Source: an uncultured virus (IMG/VR IMGVR_UViG_3300031335_000002)
Taxonomy: Duplodnaviria; Heunggongvirae; Uroviricota; Caudoviricetes
Virus record (IMG/VR): IMGVR_UViG_3300031335_000002
Length of the DNA stretch: 64,000 nucleotides
Reading direction: 5' to 3' (one strand)
The position numbers were made by a program, and so were the translations under genes. The notes beneath the pieces are model-generated. The model was not told where the DNA came from. It saw only the letters and a list, made by a program, of their open reading frames with translations, and searched no databases. Below, piece after piece: positions 39,051 to 48,542 of the stretch (position 1 is the first letter of the stretch; every line of letters starts with the position of its first letter).

Positions 39051-39068
39051 CTTTAACGTCACCTATTT
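39051..39068 (-). promoter_or_regulatory. class A phage RNAP promoter
   Basis: AAATAGGTGACGTTAAA|GAAGGG. Confidence 0.8.
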
Positions 39069-39157
39069 TTTCTCTTTACTTTCAATTGTTTATCTACCTT
39101 AAACTATGACTTTTGTCAAAAAAGATAAGATCCTTTAGGGTTTCTTTTTACCCTCTT

Positions 39158-39175
39158 CTTTAACGTCACCTATTT
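39158..39175 (-). promoter_or_regulatory. class A phage RNAP promoter
   Basis: AAATAGGTGACGTTAAA|GAAGAG. Confidence 0.8.
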
Positions 39176-39236
39176 TTTCTCTTTACTTTCAATTGTTTAT
39201 CTACCTTAAACTATGACTTTTGTCAAAAAAGATAAG

Positions 39237-39302
39237 AAAAAAAAAAAAAAGGGGGTATGACCCCCACCCCATCCCAATTAAGGGACAGGATGGGGGTTCA
39301 TG
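39237..39302 (-). terminator. intrinsic terminator
   Basis: Long GC-rich hairpin (ATGAACCCCCATCC...GGGTGGGGGTCAT) followed by a long U tract. Confidence 0.65.
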
Positions 39303-39315
39303 AGTAAGGTCTCTT

Positions 39316-39422
39316 CATACCAGAGAGCTCCAGAGTGTACCCCTCTGGTGACTCCTCTAAGCTCTGGATACCCACCCTACTAGAAGAGTGAACCCATGTC
39401 TCTACGGTCTCCTTTGAGGCAC
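39316..39422 (-). pseudogene. diverged partial copy of the primase-helicase gene (57549-57655)
   Basis: Translates ETVETWVHSSSRVGIQSLEESPEGYTLELSGM versus ETGEAWVHSSSRVGIISLEESPEEYTKKLSGM; in-frame TAA upstream. Confidence 0.85.
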
Positions 39423-39498
39423 TTTACCATAGTTGATCGGTAACTTCAGTAAGAGGGCCACATACTAATGCTAGCCTCTTGTTCCTCATTGAAGAGCC

Positions 39499-39711
39499 TT
39501 ATCTGCTCCTCAAAAAAATGCTCGTAGGATCGTACAAGGATCTGACGGTATCTAAGACAATAGAGACAGATAGAACGATAAACACAACAGTTAGGACAAA
39601 ATAGATGACTCTTTTACTATCCTTCTCGTATCCTTCGAAGAGCTTGTTCCCCGTTAAAACCAAATAGGTACCTGCTAAGACAATTGCCAGATAGAAGATA
39701 GCAGTAAGCAT
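39499..39711 (-). CDS. small two-TM membrane protein
   Basis: 70 aa with AAGGA RBS. Confidence 0.65.
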   Translation of the reverse strand: MLTAIFYLAIVLAGTYLVLTGNKLFEGYEKDSKRVIYFVLTVVFIVLSVSIVLDTVRSLYDPTSIFLRSR

Positions 39712-39728
39712 AGCTTATTTTCCTTTTC

Positions 39729-40289
39729 TTAGTAGGAGAGACCGGTTTTCATGTTGCGGATGACTTCTGCCTCCCTCGCCATATAAGTCATAATGACAGA
39801 CCATTGTATCCGAATTTCTGTAGTAGGGGCATTCAGAATGTTATGGAAAGCGAACTCAACATGACGATCTACAGACAGAGCAGCTTCTTCAAGTGCAGCA
39901 TTACGCTCCCTGTCAAGGATAGTCCTAAGTTTTTTCTCCTCTTCAAGTTCAGCTTCTTCTGCCCCATATTCGTCTGCTTCAAGTTCAGCTTCTTCAGGGT
40001 TCATGCTCATGAAGATTGGGCTGTTGCCATCAATGACGAAAAAGTCTTGATATTCCTCCTCAGGTACATCAACAATCATATCTTCACCGAGAACAATACT
40101 ATCAGGCTTACAAGTGCATTTGTATTGGTATCGGTATTGGTAGGGGGTGGCATTTTGCGGTTTGTTCATTTTAGAATTCTTCTTATCCTTAGTTTCAGCT
40201 TCAAGTTCGTCTTCTTCATCCCAGTAGATCTTTTCCGCAAAGTAGAGATCATCATCTGGATTGGTATGAGTGCGCTGGTTATTTTCCAT
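39729..40289 (-). CDS. acidic hypothetical protein
   Basis: EEAELE repeats; start uncertain (ORF extends to 40337). Confidence 0.6.
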   Translation of the reverse strand: MENNQRTHTNPDDDLYFAEKIYWDEEDELEAETKDKKNSKMNKPQNATPYQYRYQYKCTCKPDSIVLGEDMIVDVPEEEYQDFFVIDGNSPIFMSMNPEEAELEADEYGAEEAELEEEKKLRTILDRERNAALEEAALSVDRHVEFAFHNILNAPTTEIRIQWSVIMTYMAREAEVIRNMKTGLSY

Positions 40290-40506
40290 TTTTAGCGTCC
40301 TTACTGGTTTGGTGTTGAGCTTTTTCATAGCCTGCAAAGAAGGCTCTTCTTATGATACTATAGGTCGGTGAGGACTCTATAGTCTCTCTTACTGAGTCAT
40401 CTGGCCTGAAATGAGATCCGTGGAACTCATCCCAGTACCATTCTTCAAAGAGCTGGTTTATTTGGGGTAACACGACTAGCACCTCCTCCGGGTCCAGAGG
40501 GTCCAC
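40279..40506 (-). CDS. hypothetical protein
   Basis: 75 aa; LFEEWY...RRAFFAGYE. Confidence 0.55.
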   Translation of the reverse strand: MDPLDPEEVLVVLPQINQLFEEWYWDEFHGSHFRPDDSVRETIESSPTYSIIRRAFFAGYEKAQHQTSKDAKNGK

Positions 40507-40892
40507 CGCCGCCCCCTTTAAAAAAAGCGATGATGACGATAATAGCTATTATCGTGACAAAAAAGTCCATTATTTGTCTCCTTTAAGTTCTTTCGTTACG
40601 CTATCAGAGCAAGAATCTTTGAGAGCATCAGCCTTTTCTGTTGTTTCTTCCTGTCTCTCCTTTATTCTTTGAGATTCTCGAACAAATCTTACTGCTACGT
40701 TGAACAGAAAGATCCCCCCAAAGAGGAATAGCGCGGTCTCTAACATCCCCTTTTTTTTTTTTTCCTTTCGATTGTTAGGTGAACCTTTTTCCGAGTTTTC
40801 GTTTGGTTGCTTTAGAGCCGTCTGCTGTAGTGCATCGACCCCAAGATTTTCCTTTAGACACCGGCCCTTTAAGCTTCTGATAGGGAAGGGTG

Positions 40893-41168
40893 TTATTGCC
40901 GCCTGAAGCCGCTGTCTTGAGCGTACGTACACCGGTTTTGTTCATAACTGGTACTGTTTCCATTGTGTAGTCCTTCTTCTAGTTTGTCTATAAGTCTGAT
41001 CTCAGACGCTTTCATGTTGTATAGGATTTTCCTTTTATCAAAAGCGCGCCTAGCCCCACCAGCATCAGCCAACCCGCTGCGGGAAGAGGAACAGGCGCGG
41101 GCAGCATGCGCGTCAATCTCAGGGCTTATTTGGGCGGCGTACAGCTTGGCCGTCTCGGTGATGTTCAT
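40893..41168 (-). CDS. hypothetical protein
   Basis: 91 aa with RBS. Confidence 0.55.
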   Translation of the reverse strand: MNITETAKLYAAQISPEIDAHAARACSSSRSGLADAGGARRAFDKRKILYNMKASEIRLIDKLEEGLHNGNSTSYEQNRCTYAQDSGFRRQ

Positions 41169-41213
41169 TTCTCTTTCTTCCTGTGGTAATGGGGGCGCTT
41201 GGCCCCGTTGAGT

Positions 41214-41885
41214 TTACTGTCGCTCGGCAGCGATTGCATTCAGAGCGGTGACAATTGCCATGCTTTCACGATGTTTGTGGTGCTTAGGGTGGCCCCAATG
41301 GGCTTTCGCCTCGTCAGGCGTAAAGTCGCGGCACCCAGCGACAATCGATCCGTCCGATTGCAAGGTGAACATGTACCCATCTGATCGGGTTATGCTTGTA
41401 GGCGTAGACGTGTACACCCCGCGCTTGACCAGCGCATTGCCGGAGACCCGCGCATCGCCGTAGACAAGCGCATTGCCGTAGACCCGCGCACTGCCGGAGA
41501 CCCACGCATCGCCGCGGACCCGCGCATCGCCGGAGACCAGCGCATTGCCGTAGACCAGCGCATCGCCGCGGACCCGCGCATTGCCGGAGACCCGCGCATC
41601 GCCGTAGACAAGCACATTGCCGTAGACCCGCGCACTGCCGGAGACCCACGCATCGCCGTAGACCCGCGCATTGCCGTAGACCAGCGCATTGTCGTGTACC
41701 AGCGCATCGCCGGAGACCAGCGCATTGCCGTAGACCAGCGCATTGCCGTAGACCAGCGCATCTTCTCCAATGTACGCGCTATTATGTACGTTAGCCGTAT
41801 CAGCCACCCACCCGTTGCCTTTAATATGCCTGTGCGCAGGAACGGGGCCGTTGCCGTCTCCGAAATTGTGAGTTTGCTCTTTCAT
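41214..41885 (-). CDS. hexapeptide-repeat (left-handed beta-helix) protein
   Basis: (VYGNAL/VSGDAR)n 18-bp repeats; C-terminal IVAGCRDFT. Confidence 0.88.
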   Translation of the reverse strand: MKEQTHNFGDGNGPVPAHRHIKGNGWVADTANVHNSAYIGEDALVYGNALVYGNALVSGDALVHDNALVYGNARVYGDAWVSGSARVYGNVLVYGDARVSGNARVRGDALVYGNALVSGDARVRGDAWVSGSARVYGNALVYGDARVSGNALVKRGVYTSTPTSITRSDGYMFTLQSDGSIVAGCRDFTPDEAKAHWGHPKHHKHRESMAIVTALNAIAAERQ

Positions 41886-41992
41886 CTGTCTGTCTCCTTG
41901 TGTTGATCGTCGCGCTGGCGGTCCATAATCAGGAACAGGCGCGTGGCGAAGTCGGACATGGTCTCTCTCCGTTGTTATTTAAATGGACTTAG

Positions 41993-42373
41993 TTATTTCA
42001 GCCAAGGCTTGCCGCCGCTAAGGTCGGCACAGTTAACAAATATGCCCGTAAAATACGTCTCAGACCCGCTAGAAACGTCAATGGTAGGGAATGCGTTTTT
42101 CTCCGCCCACTCCTTTCCTTCATCCGTTTCCAAGAACGCGGCCTTCAGTTTGGCTTCCTCCGCTGCGCGCTTCTCTTCTTCTGCACGGTATTTTTCATCG
42201 GCGTCAATGGTGTCTTGGTGCATTGCGATATAAACGCCGCGGTCGTCCTCGTCCTCAGTATCGTAAAGGAATGTGCCTGTTTTGTGGGTAACTCGGAGCG
42301 ATCCGCGAATGTCTATCGTCAGACCTGCATCCTCAAAAAGGCGGACGACATCTGCTTGTGTTAGGTTTTTCAT
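41993..42373 (-). CDS. hypothetical protein
   Basis: Start MKNLTQADV at 42373 with AAGGA RBS. Confidence 0.6.
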   Translation of the reverse strand: MKNLTQADVVRLFEDAGLTIDIRGSLRVTHKTGTFLYDTEDEDDRGVYIAMHQDTIDADEKYRAEEEKRAAEEAKLKAAFLETDEGKEWAEKNAFPTIDVSSGSETYFTGIFVNCADLSGGKPWLK

Positions 42374-42428
42374 TTGGTTGGTTCCTTTGGTTGATGTGTG
42401 GTCCCCGGCGCGTGGCCGGGGGTGGGGG

Positions 42429-42614
42429 TCATGCGTCAATTTCAACGGCGGTCATGCCGGTGGTGTCGGGGCACTCGTCGCCGTCATCGTCAATGTATGG
42501 CGTGCCGTGAAGTGTGGCTGCAACTTCCATTGCATCTTGCTCGCTCGTGCCTTCAAACTCACCCCAGAAGATGCCGTTTGCGTAAACGCTGTATTTCAAA
42601 ATCTGCATGCTCAT
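42429..42614 (-). CDS. hypothetical protein
   Basis: GGAGA RBS before MSMQILKY. Confidence 0.55.
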   Translation of the reverse strand: MSMQILKYSVYANGIFWGEFEGTSEQDAMEVAATLHGTPYIDDDGDECPDTTGMTAVEIDA

Positions 42615-42955
42615 CTTGGTCTCTCCAGTTGTGGGCGTCTGCCCGTTTCCTTGCACCACTATTACCCGTTAATACCGCACGAGTCAAGCAGTAATTTTGC
42701 AAAATCGTCGGCTGTGCAACAAAACCCACCGACACCGCCGAAGCCCCGAACGGATTGCAGGAAAGCGGCCAGGCGCAGGCCGCGTTTGTCGCCGGGCGTC
42801 AGACGCCAGCCGGGCTTTTTGGTTTCGACCGCCGGGAACACGCCAAGCGTTTTGCCAACGTGTGACGGCTGCACCAACACGGGCAACAGCCCGATCAGAT
42901 CGGACGACTTCCAGCGCGCATTCAAGGCGGGCGACATCTGCTTGTGTTAGGTTTT

Positions 42956-43315
42956 TCATTTAGGTTTTCCTTTGCTATAATAGTATTCTTCTAGAGCATT
43001 TGCAATCTCACTAAAGGATTTACCTTTGTCATTCATTTCTGTAGCAATTCTTGATATTTTTGAGTCTTGGGTGAATTTCATTATGTGGTCATAGGTTATC
43101 TCGTGTCCTTCAAAAGTAAAACCACTTTTATTAAGACTCTCAACTTCCATAGGGCCGAGATGAAACAAATCATTAAGTACACCAAGGCAGCAATAACCTG
43201 TCTTACCAAACTCTGAAACACCCATAAGTGTCCCTTGTATTTGCTGGTACTTACCACTGCGGAGTGCGGCCATCCATTGATTAAATTCCTTATCAGTTAT
43301 TTTAGCAATTGTCAT
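42956..43315 (-). CDS. hypothetical phage protein
   Basis: WMAALRSGKYQQ..GTL...GYCCLGVL...MNDKGKSFSEIA, a conserved-looking phage family. Confidence 0.8.
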   Translation of the reverse strand: MTIAKITDKEFNQWMAALRSGKYQQIQGTLMGVSEFGKTGYCCLGVLNDLFHLGPMEVESLNKSGFTFEGHEITYDHIMKFTQDSKISRIATEMNDKGKSFSEIANALEEYYYSKGKPK

Positions 43316-43661
43316 AGTTTTTCACCTTACTGTAATCCACCCTAGGGCAGAAATTGTATTTGATAGACCGGTACTTTGTATTGATAAGGCCGGGCGGTTT
43401 GGCCACGTAGTTTTGTCTCCTTTTCTCAAAAATTTCTTCATAGCCTTTAACAAATAGCCAAGATTTTTTGTTAGGTTTGTAAGATTCAATCACAGTTGTT
43501 TCCTCTCGAAACTATCGCATACCACTTGTTATCTCTCGGAGACATATATGGTTTGCGGGTTATAGTATCGTAGCCTTGCGCAGGATACTTTCTCAGGTAG
43601 TTAGAAGACGCCACAAGGGCGTCCTCCTTTGTCTTAAATGGACCAAGATCCTCATACACCA

Positions 43662-43904
43662 TTACACAGCCACGCTTTGGGACTTCTGGTGATTCTTCTT
43701 GTTGTTAGCATGGACTTCATTGGGGGTTGCAGTAACCCAATTCCGCTTACCATGCCGATCAACTTCAGAACGAATGTTAGGCGATCGACGACGACCAGAC
43801 TTAGCCGGAAGCCCGGCTTTCTGCCTAGCGTTAATTCCAAGAGCACTCTTGTGGCTGCTCTGACGTGCCTTTGCTTTACCAATTCCAGATTTTCCACCAG
43901 CCAT
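43662..43904 (-). CDS. small basic protein
   Basis: 80 aa, K/R-rich; AGGAG RBS. Confidence 0.6.
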   Translation of the reverse strand: MAGGKSGIGKAKARQSSHKSALGINARQKAGLPAKSGRRRSPNIRSEVDRHGKRNWVTATPNEVHANNKKNHQKSQSVAV

Positions 43905-43928
43905 TGATTTTCTCCTTATCCTATGTGT

Positions 43929-44318
43929 TTAGATTACGTCCAGATCCACCCAGCTTGCTGTGAAGACCATGTTAGGGAGAGGACCTCCTTGATCTATGAT
44001 AAGCTGCATGATGTCCTCTCGATTATGGCCAGCCAGACCACAACCAATTGGTGTGATAACAAACAAGAGACCGGGGCGAGCCTCAGCATACTTGATAAAC
44101 CTATAGACAAAGTTCTCAATTTTATCGAGAGACAAAGTCTGCATACTCCCGTCTTTAGTAGGGATAGCATAGCACCGGCCAGTACGGCCAATCCCTACAC
44201 CCCAAGCTGCTCCAAGGCTTTGATGTGCGTAGGAAGCCGCCCCTGCACCGTGATAACCAGCGAGGTTAGAACCAAAAACAAAGCATAGGTTGCTCACAAG
44301 ATCCCAGTTATAAGCCAT
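43929..44318 (-). CDS. macro-domain-like phage protein (FVFGSN family)
   Basis: FVFGSNLAGYHGAGAA...YAIPTK...TPIGCGLAG. Confidence 0.8.
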   Translation of the reverse strand: MAYNWDLVSNLCFVFGSNLAGYHGAGAASYAHQSLGAAWGVGIGRTGRCYAIPTKDGSMQTLSLDKIENFVYRFIKYAEARPGLLFVITPIGCGLAGHNREDIMQLIIDQGGPLPNMVFTASWVDLDVI

Positions 44319-45040
44319 AAGTTAGTAACCCTTCATTTCTTCTTTTAACGCTTCGACAGCATGGATCATGTTAGCCTCTTGGCATTCTTTGATGCGCCTA
44401 AGACATTCTTCTTTGGTGAGTCGGCTACCACCCACCGGCTTAATCCTATCTAGATCAATCTTCATAGTTTTGCCCTTGTTTTTCGTTGTTTTTTCTGCTC
44501 GTCCTTGACTAGGTTTTCAAGGTGAAAGTTACAGGAACAACAAAGATCTGTCCAATTTAAAGCCACCCAACCTGCCAGATCGCACCCTACCATAGGTCTC
44601 TCCATTTTAATATTACACCTATCACAAATGTAATACTCTTCTGTCTTTTTCACCATTGTTATGGCTTCCTTCTGTTGATTTAGTATACAGTATAGTCAGT
44701 AGTAGTTGTCAAATGCAGCTTCTGCAGCCTCTTCTCTTGCTTCTCTGAGTTCTTGCTTGAGGTCTCTTATATACTCATTAAACTCTTCCTGAGTTATAAG
44801 GCCATCCTCAAGCTCTTGTTCAAGTTCTAGTTCGGCTTTATCACACCAGTGCATTGTTTTTTTTCCTTGCTTACTATAGTTGCAAAACCTTTTTGATCCC
44901 ACGCGAGTTTTACCCCGCGTGAAATCAGTTCCTGTTTGTAGGAGTTAAACATAGTGTTGTAATGTCTAGCAGCGCCAAGCGCATGTAAACTAAGATACGC
45001 ATCAGAGTTTCTAGCGCTCCTATTCATCAGACTAAGAAGA

Positions 45041-45442
45041 TCAAAGTTCGGCAAGTTGCTTTCGGATTTCATCTTCGGAAAGACCTTCCAGTTTGTTTTC
45101 TTGTTTCTTATCAAGGATCTCAAGAAGCTTCTGACGCTTTTCAGCTTTAGCGCGGGCATCTTGACGAGCAGCGTTTTCGTCTTGCTTATCAGCAATTACG
45201 TCTTTAACAAGCTCAAGCTGATCTTTCCAACGAGTCAACTGGGGGTTAGACCCAGTATCAACGAAGGTCTCTTCTCCCGTTTCACGAATCTGACGAGAAA
45301 GATCAATTGCCACCTTATTAAGGCAAGCAGCACCTGTTTGAGAAGTCAGAGCCAACTTGAACAGATCCTCAACGGTCATCTGACCCTTAGTGGAGTTGAA
45401 GCGCCAGTTTTCTTTTGCAGCACGTTTGTAGAGATTAGTCAT
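45041..45442 (-). CDS. conserved phage coiled-coil protein
   Basis: WRFNSTKGQMTVEDLF; coupled to the upstream 730-aa gene. Confidence 0.75.
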   Translation of the reverse strand: MTNLYKRAAKENWRFNSTKGQMTVEDLFKLALTSQTGAACLNKVAIDLSRQIRETGEETFVDTGSNPQLTRWKDQLELVKDVIADKQDENAARQDARAKAEKRQKLLEILDKKQENKLEGLSEDEIRKQLAEL

Positions 45443-45455
45443 GGTTTTGATTCCT

Positions 45456-47648
45456 TTATCCAAAGTTTACGTTGTAAGCGGTTTTCTTACCTTTGTTGTC
45501 TGTTACCAAAAGTTCGATTTCGGCTTTTTTGGTATGAGAAAATCCAACACCAGAAAGCTGGTCGGGATCAAGCTCGCACTTAGTCTTGTTTCCAAGTACT
45601 TCAAACACCTTACGGTGCTTATAAAGCGCTGGACTTAGAAACTCATTAAAGATACCACGGGGTTCCTCATCAATCTCACACCCGTCGAGGATGAAAAAGG
45701 TGTGTTTATTACCAGCCTTATTATTACCCCAGTAGTTAGGTGAGTTCATGATAGTACGAACCGTTGCTAGGTTGTTTGTATCTACTCCCCAAATATCTTT
45801 AGAAGACTGGGAAGAGCAAGGGATCTTGTGAGCGATAGAGAACACACCATTTTCTAGGGTTACCTCAGCAACAAGAACCCATTCTTTGTGACCAAGTTTT
45901 TTAGGATAGTCATATTCAAAGACCTGACCATCAAACTCAATCTCGGCTTTGAAGCCACCTTCTGTAGGAGAACGAAGTTTCCAGTTATGAATGGCACAAC
46001 GATATATACCATCCGACATTTTACTACGAGACGGGTAAGTAATGTTCTCAACTGGTACATTGCCACTTGGCGCAGCTGAAGTGTAATCTACGTCTTGAAC
46101 TCCTCCTGTTTGCGAATGTTGACGTTTGTTCCAGCCTACTCGCTGTTCGTTGTTACCATACTTGTCACCAACTTCAAAAGCCCTCTTGCTATTTCCGGGG
46201 TGGAAAACATGAAGATCCATAAGGGAGGCATTACGCCGACCCTCGTGGTTCCAAGAGTGAGAGAACCGGAAGTCACCATTAACCGAACCCCCTCGTGCAG
46301 CAACTTCACGGCGGAGATCAGAATCAGTGATACCACCGTTGTAGGCCCAACCAAAGTCATTGTTCCAGCTAAAGAGACCACCGGAGTCACCGTGTTTGGG
46401 AGCGGTAACTGTCATGAAGTTAGCCGTATGATCGTTACGAACCAAGGCTTCAATCTTATTGGCCTGAGGAACAACATGTTCAATGAAGTCCTCTGCTGGA
46501 ATCGGCTTAGCGTTCTTGATGCTAAAGTCTGTCTTTTTAACTTCAGAAGAAAGCAAATCATTAATCACAGAACCACCGATCATCTGTTTACCAGTGTCCC
46601 GGTCAACAAACAAAACGTCGTTAACGTTCATATCTGAAGCACGAGCAAGCCTACGATCAACAGCGTGTTCCATGTTAAGCTCTTTAAGAGTCTTAACAGC
46701 ATCATCAACCATACGTTGGGTGATCAAAGCTTTAGGACGCTTGTAGTTTTGAGGAGCAACTTTACTTTCAAAAGACTTTACCGCTGATTCAACCTCTTTA
46801 CCCTTGGACAAGTCTGTAACAAGAGTACCAATTGAGGTATTTCGGAAGGAAGCGAGGCCGGGGTTTGTTGCTGCTACATGCCACAGGAAACTATCCTTTT
46901 GTGAAGAAACTAGCTTATTCTTAAAATCTTTTTTTGCCTTGAGCATGTCATTAACTTTTTTCTTATGCTCTTGACCTCGGTAGAGACTGTTTTCGTCAAT
47001 CAAATCCTTTACTGTTTCAAGAGCATCAATGGTGAATTCGTCCATTGATCGTTTAAAAACCCCATAAAGAGATTTGACTTTCCCCTGTGGATCCCCCGGA
47101 GACTTATGGTAATGGGCCTTGTCGATGCTAGCGTGAAAATGGTAGAAGGTTTCCACGTTACCATCCGGATCAAGGTTCTTGTTAGAGGGCACCGACACCT
47201 TCCATTCAGAGGATCGGAAGATAGATTTGATCGGCGTGGACTTTACAATACTCCTCATTGCCTTCGCTATTCTGTTGTAAGGCTCTGGAAGGTTACTACA
47301 GTTATCCCATACAGTAGTTTTCTCAAAAGTCTTCGGATCAATGGATATGACGCCGCCAACTCGACGAATAAATTGTTTATCATATGAACCATCGTGGAAC
47401 GTACGTGTACGGAAGATGGGGTTTTCCTTCCCGGTAAACGCGTCGAGGTAAAAGTCAAAGAAATCTTTTTCTTCATACTTGTCTTCGATTGGTCCGAGGT
47501 CATAGGCTGGACGCCCGTAGTCGTCCTTGGCGTACACCTCTTTTTCACCAAAGTCCTGAAGTTCTAGGTCAACAACGAATAGTTCACCTTTAGACATTTT
47601 GTCGAAGCTCTTGTTTACTGTGTTAGCAAAAAGTTTGAAGTTTGTCAT
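45456..47648 (-). CDS. conserved large phage protein (YfaP/DUF2135-like segment)
   Basis: 730 aa; FRNTSIGTL, VAPQNYKRPK, MDLHV, DVDY, PVENI, SPNYW. Confidence 0.75.
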   Translation of the reverse strand: MTNFKLFANTVNKSFDKMSKGELFVVDLELQDFGEKEVYAKDDYGRPAYDLGPIEDKYEEKDFFDFYLDAFTGKENPIFRTRTFHDGSYDKQFIRRVGGVISIDPKTFEKTTVWDNCSNLPEPYNRIAKAMRSIVKSTPIKSIFRSSEWKVSVPSNKNLDPDGNVETFYHFHASIDKAHYHKSPGDPQGKVKSLYGVFKRSMDEFTIDALETVKDLIDENSLYRGQEHKKKVNDMLKAKKDFKNKLVSSQKDSFLWHVAATNPGLASFRNTSIGTLVTDLSKGKEVESAVKSFESKVAPQNYKRPKALITQRMVDDAVKTLKELNMEHAVDRRLARASDMNVNDVLFVDRDTGKQMIGGSVINDLLSSEVKKTDFSIKNAKPIPAEDFIEHVVPQANKIEALVRNDHTANFMTVTAPKHGDSGGLFSWNNDFGWAYNGGITDSDLRREVAARGGSVNGDFRFSHSWNHEGRRNASLMDLHVFHPGNSKRAFEVGDKYGNNEQRVGWNKRQHSQTGGVQDVDYTSAAPSGNVPVENITYPSRSKMSDGIYRCAIHNWKLRSPTEGGFKAEIEFDGQVFEYDYPKKLGHKEWVLVAEVTLENGVFSIAHKIPCSSQSSKDIWGVDTNNLATVRTIMNSPNYWGNNKAGNKHTFFILDGCEIDEEPRGIFNEFLSPALYKHRKVFEVLGNKTKCELDPDQLSGVGFSHTKKAEIELLVTDNKGKKTAYNVNFG

Positions 47649-47695
47649 TTGGTCTGGTCCTTTATAGGAGTTCAGTTTACAGGTTTGGTTTTGTA

Positions 47696-47722
47696 GGCCA
47701 CCCCTCAGAAAGAGGGATGACC
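47696..47722 (-). terminator. hairpin after rIIB (terminator or processing site)
   Basis: GGTCATCCCTC-TTTCT-GAGGGGTGGCC; same stem as 2176-2202. Confidence 0.5.
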
Positions 47723-47747
47723 AATGTTTTATTACCAGTTCCGACGA

Positions 47748-48542
47748 TTAGACTCGGAACGCCCGATGACTCGGGGCCTGATCGTAATCACGATCATAAA
47801 CGACCCTTGTAGAGCGTTCTTCAAGACTATTAGGCTCAACTTCTTCAAGAACCTCGTACCGGCAGCAACGCATCTTGGCATTGTCGTAATCCGGCGGCAC
47901 AGCAACCACGTCTGCCGGGTTTACCTTAACTGCAACAGTACGACTACCGTTAGAGTAGAAATGACTCAGGTAAGAGGTAGCTGCAACGTGGAGACCCTGC
48001 GAGCAGGTGTTATTGATGTTGTCATCAACCTGATGTCGAGAAACTTCGCACACCTTACCCGGACTATTGTCAAATGTATTTGAGTGGATGTCACGGTAGT
48101 TCTCGCGAACGTTCTTAAAGGCCACAAAGTGCCCATCTTCTGTGATAGGAGCCATCCAGTGCTCAAGGAATGCAAACAGAGACTGACGAGAGTTGTAGCT
48201 AGGATTCTGGTCAATGTTGCGAAGGAAGTTAGCCAAGGGCTCAATGTCAGCGTCTTCGTCAGCAAGATCAAGCATCTTATCTACGAGAACACCATGAAGC
48301 TCTTCACCCTTGTAGGTGATAGTTTGTGCTTCAAGGTCGACAATAACGTCAGAACCTTCTGCAAACTTAGACATTGCAAGACCACGGTCAATCAGACTGG
48401 TGATAAGTTCAGGGTCATGAGGCTCGTAAAGAAGGTGTTCACAAAGCTTATCAAAGTTCTTTGAGTCACTCGGGATGTTATGCGACTTGCCGTTAAAGAA
48501 GATAGAGATTGCTTTCGGGGTGTAGGTATAGGGGTATTGCAT
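47748..48542 (-). CDS. rIIB: rIIB-like protein
   Basis: ITEDGHFVAFK, TCSQGLHV, VNPADVVAVPPDY..AKMRCCRYEV. Confidence 0.9.
   Translation of the reverse strand: MQYPYTYTPKAISIFFNGKSHNIPSDSKNFDKLCEHLLYEPHDPELITSLIDRGLAMSKFAEGSDVIVDLEAQTITYKGEELHGVLVDKMLDLADEDADIEPLANFLRNIDQNPSYNSRQSLFAFLEHWMAPITEDGHFVAFKNVRENYRDIHSNTFDNSPGKVCEVSRHQVDDNINNTCSQGLHVAATSYLSHFYSNGSRTVAVKVNPADVVAVPPDYDNAKMRCCRYEVLEEVEPNSLEERSTRVVYDRDYDQAPSHRAFRV

Larger units (their letters stand above)
38595..39237. repeat. promoter-linked structured repeat cluster 2 (two full units plus one partial)
   Basis: Same unit as 20234-20600; contains three class A promoters. Confidence 0.9.

Noticed and set aside
38595..39237. CRISPR array or mini-array
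   Set aside because: Units are long (over 100 bp), the intervening sequences are homologous rather than unique spacers, and no cas genes are present
39316..39422. DGR template/variable repeat pair with the helicase
   Set aside because: Mismatches are not confined to adenines, there is no reverse transcriptase in the window, and the target would be a conserved enzyme
40570..40963. Programmed frameshift at the long A tract (about 40751-40763)
   Set aside because: Cannot be distinguished from homopolymer error; a downstream ATG (MLETALF) explains the membrane ORF
41314..41770. Alternative-frame repeat ORFs (CAGLRQ / MRWST)
   Set aside because: By-products of the 18-bp hexapeptide repeats in 41214..41885
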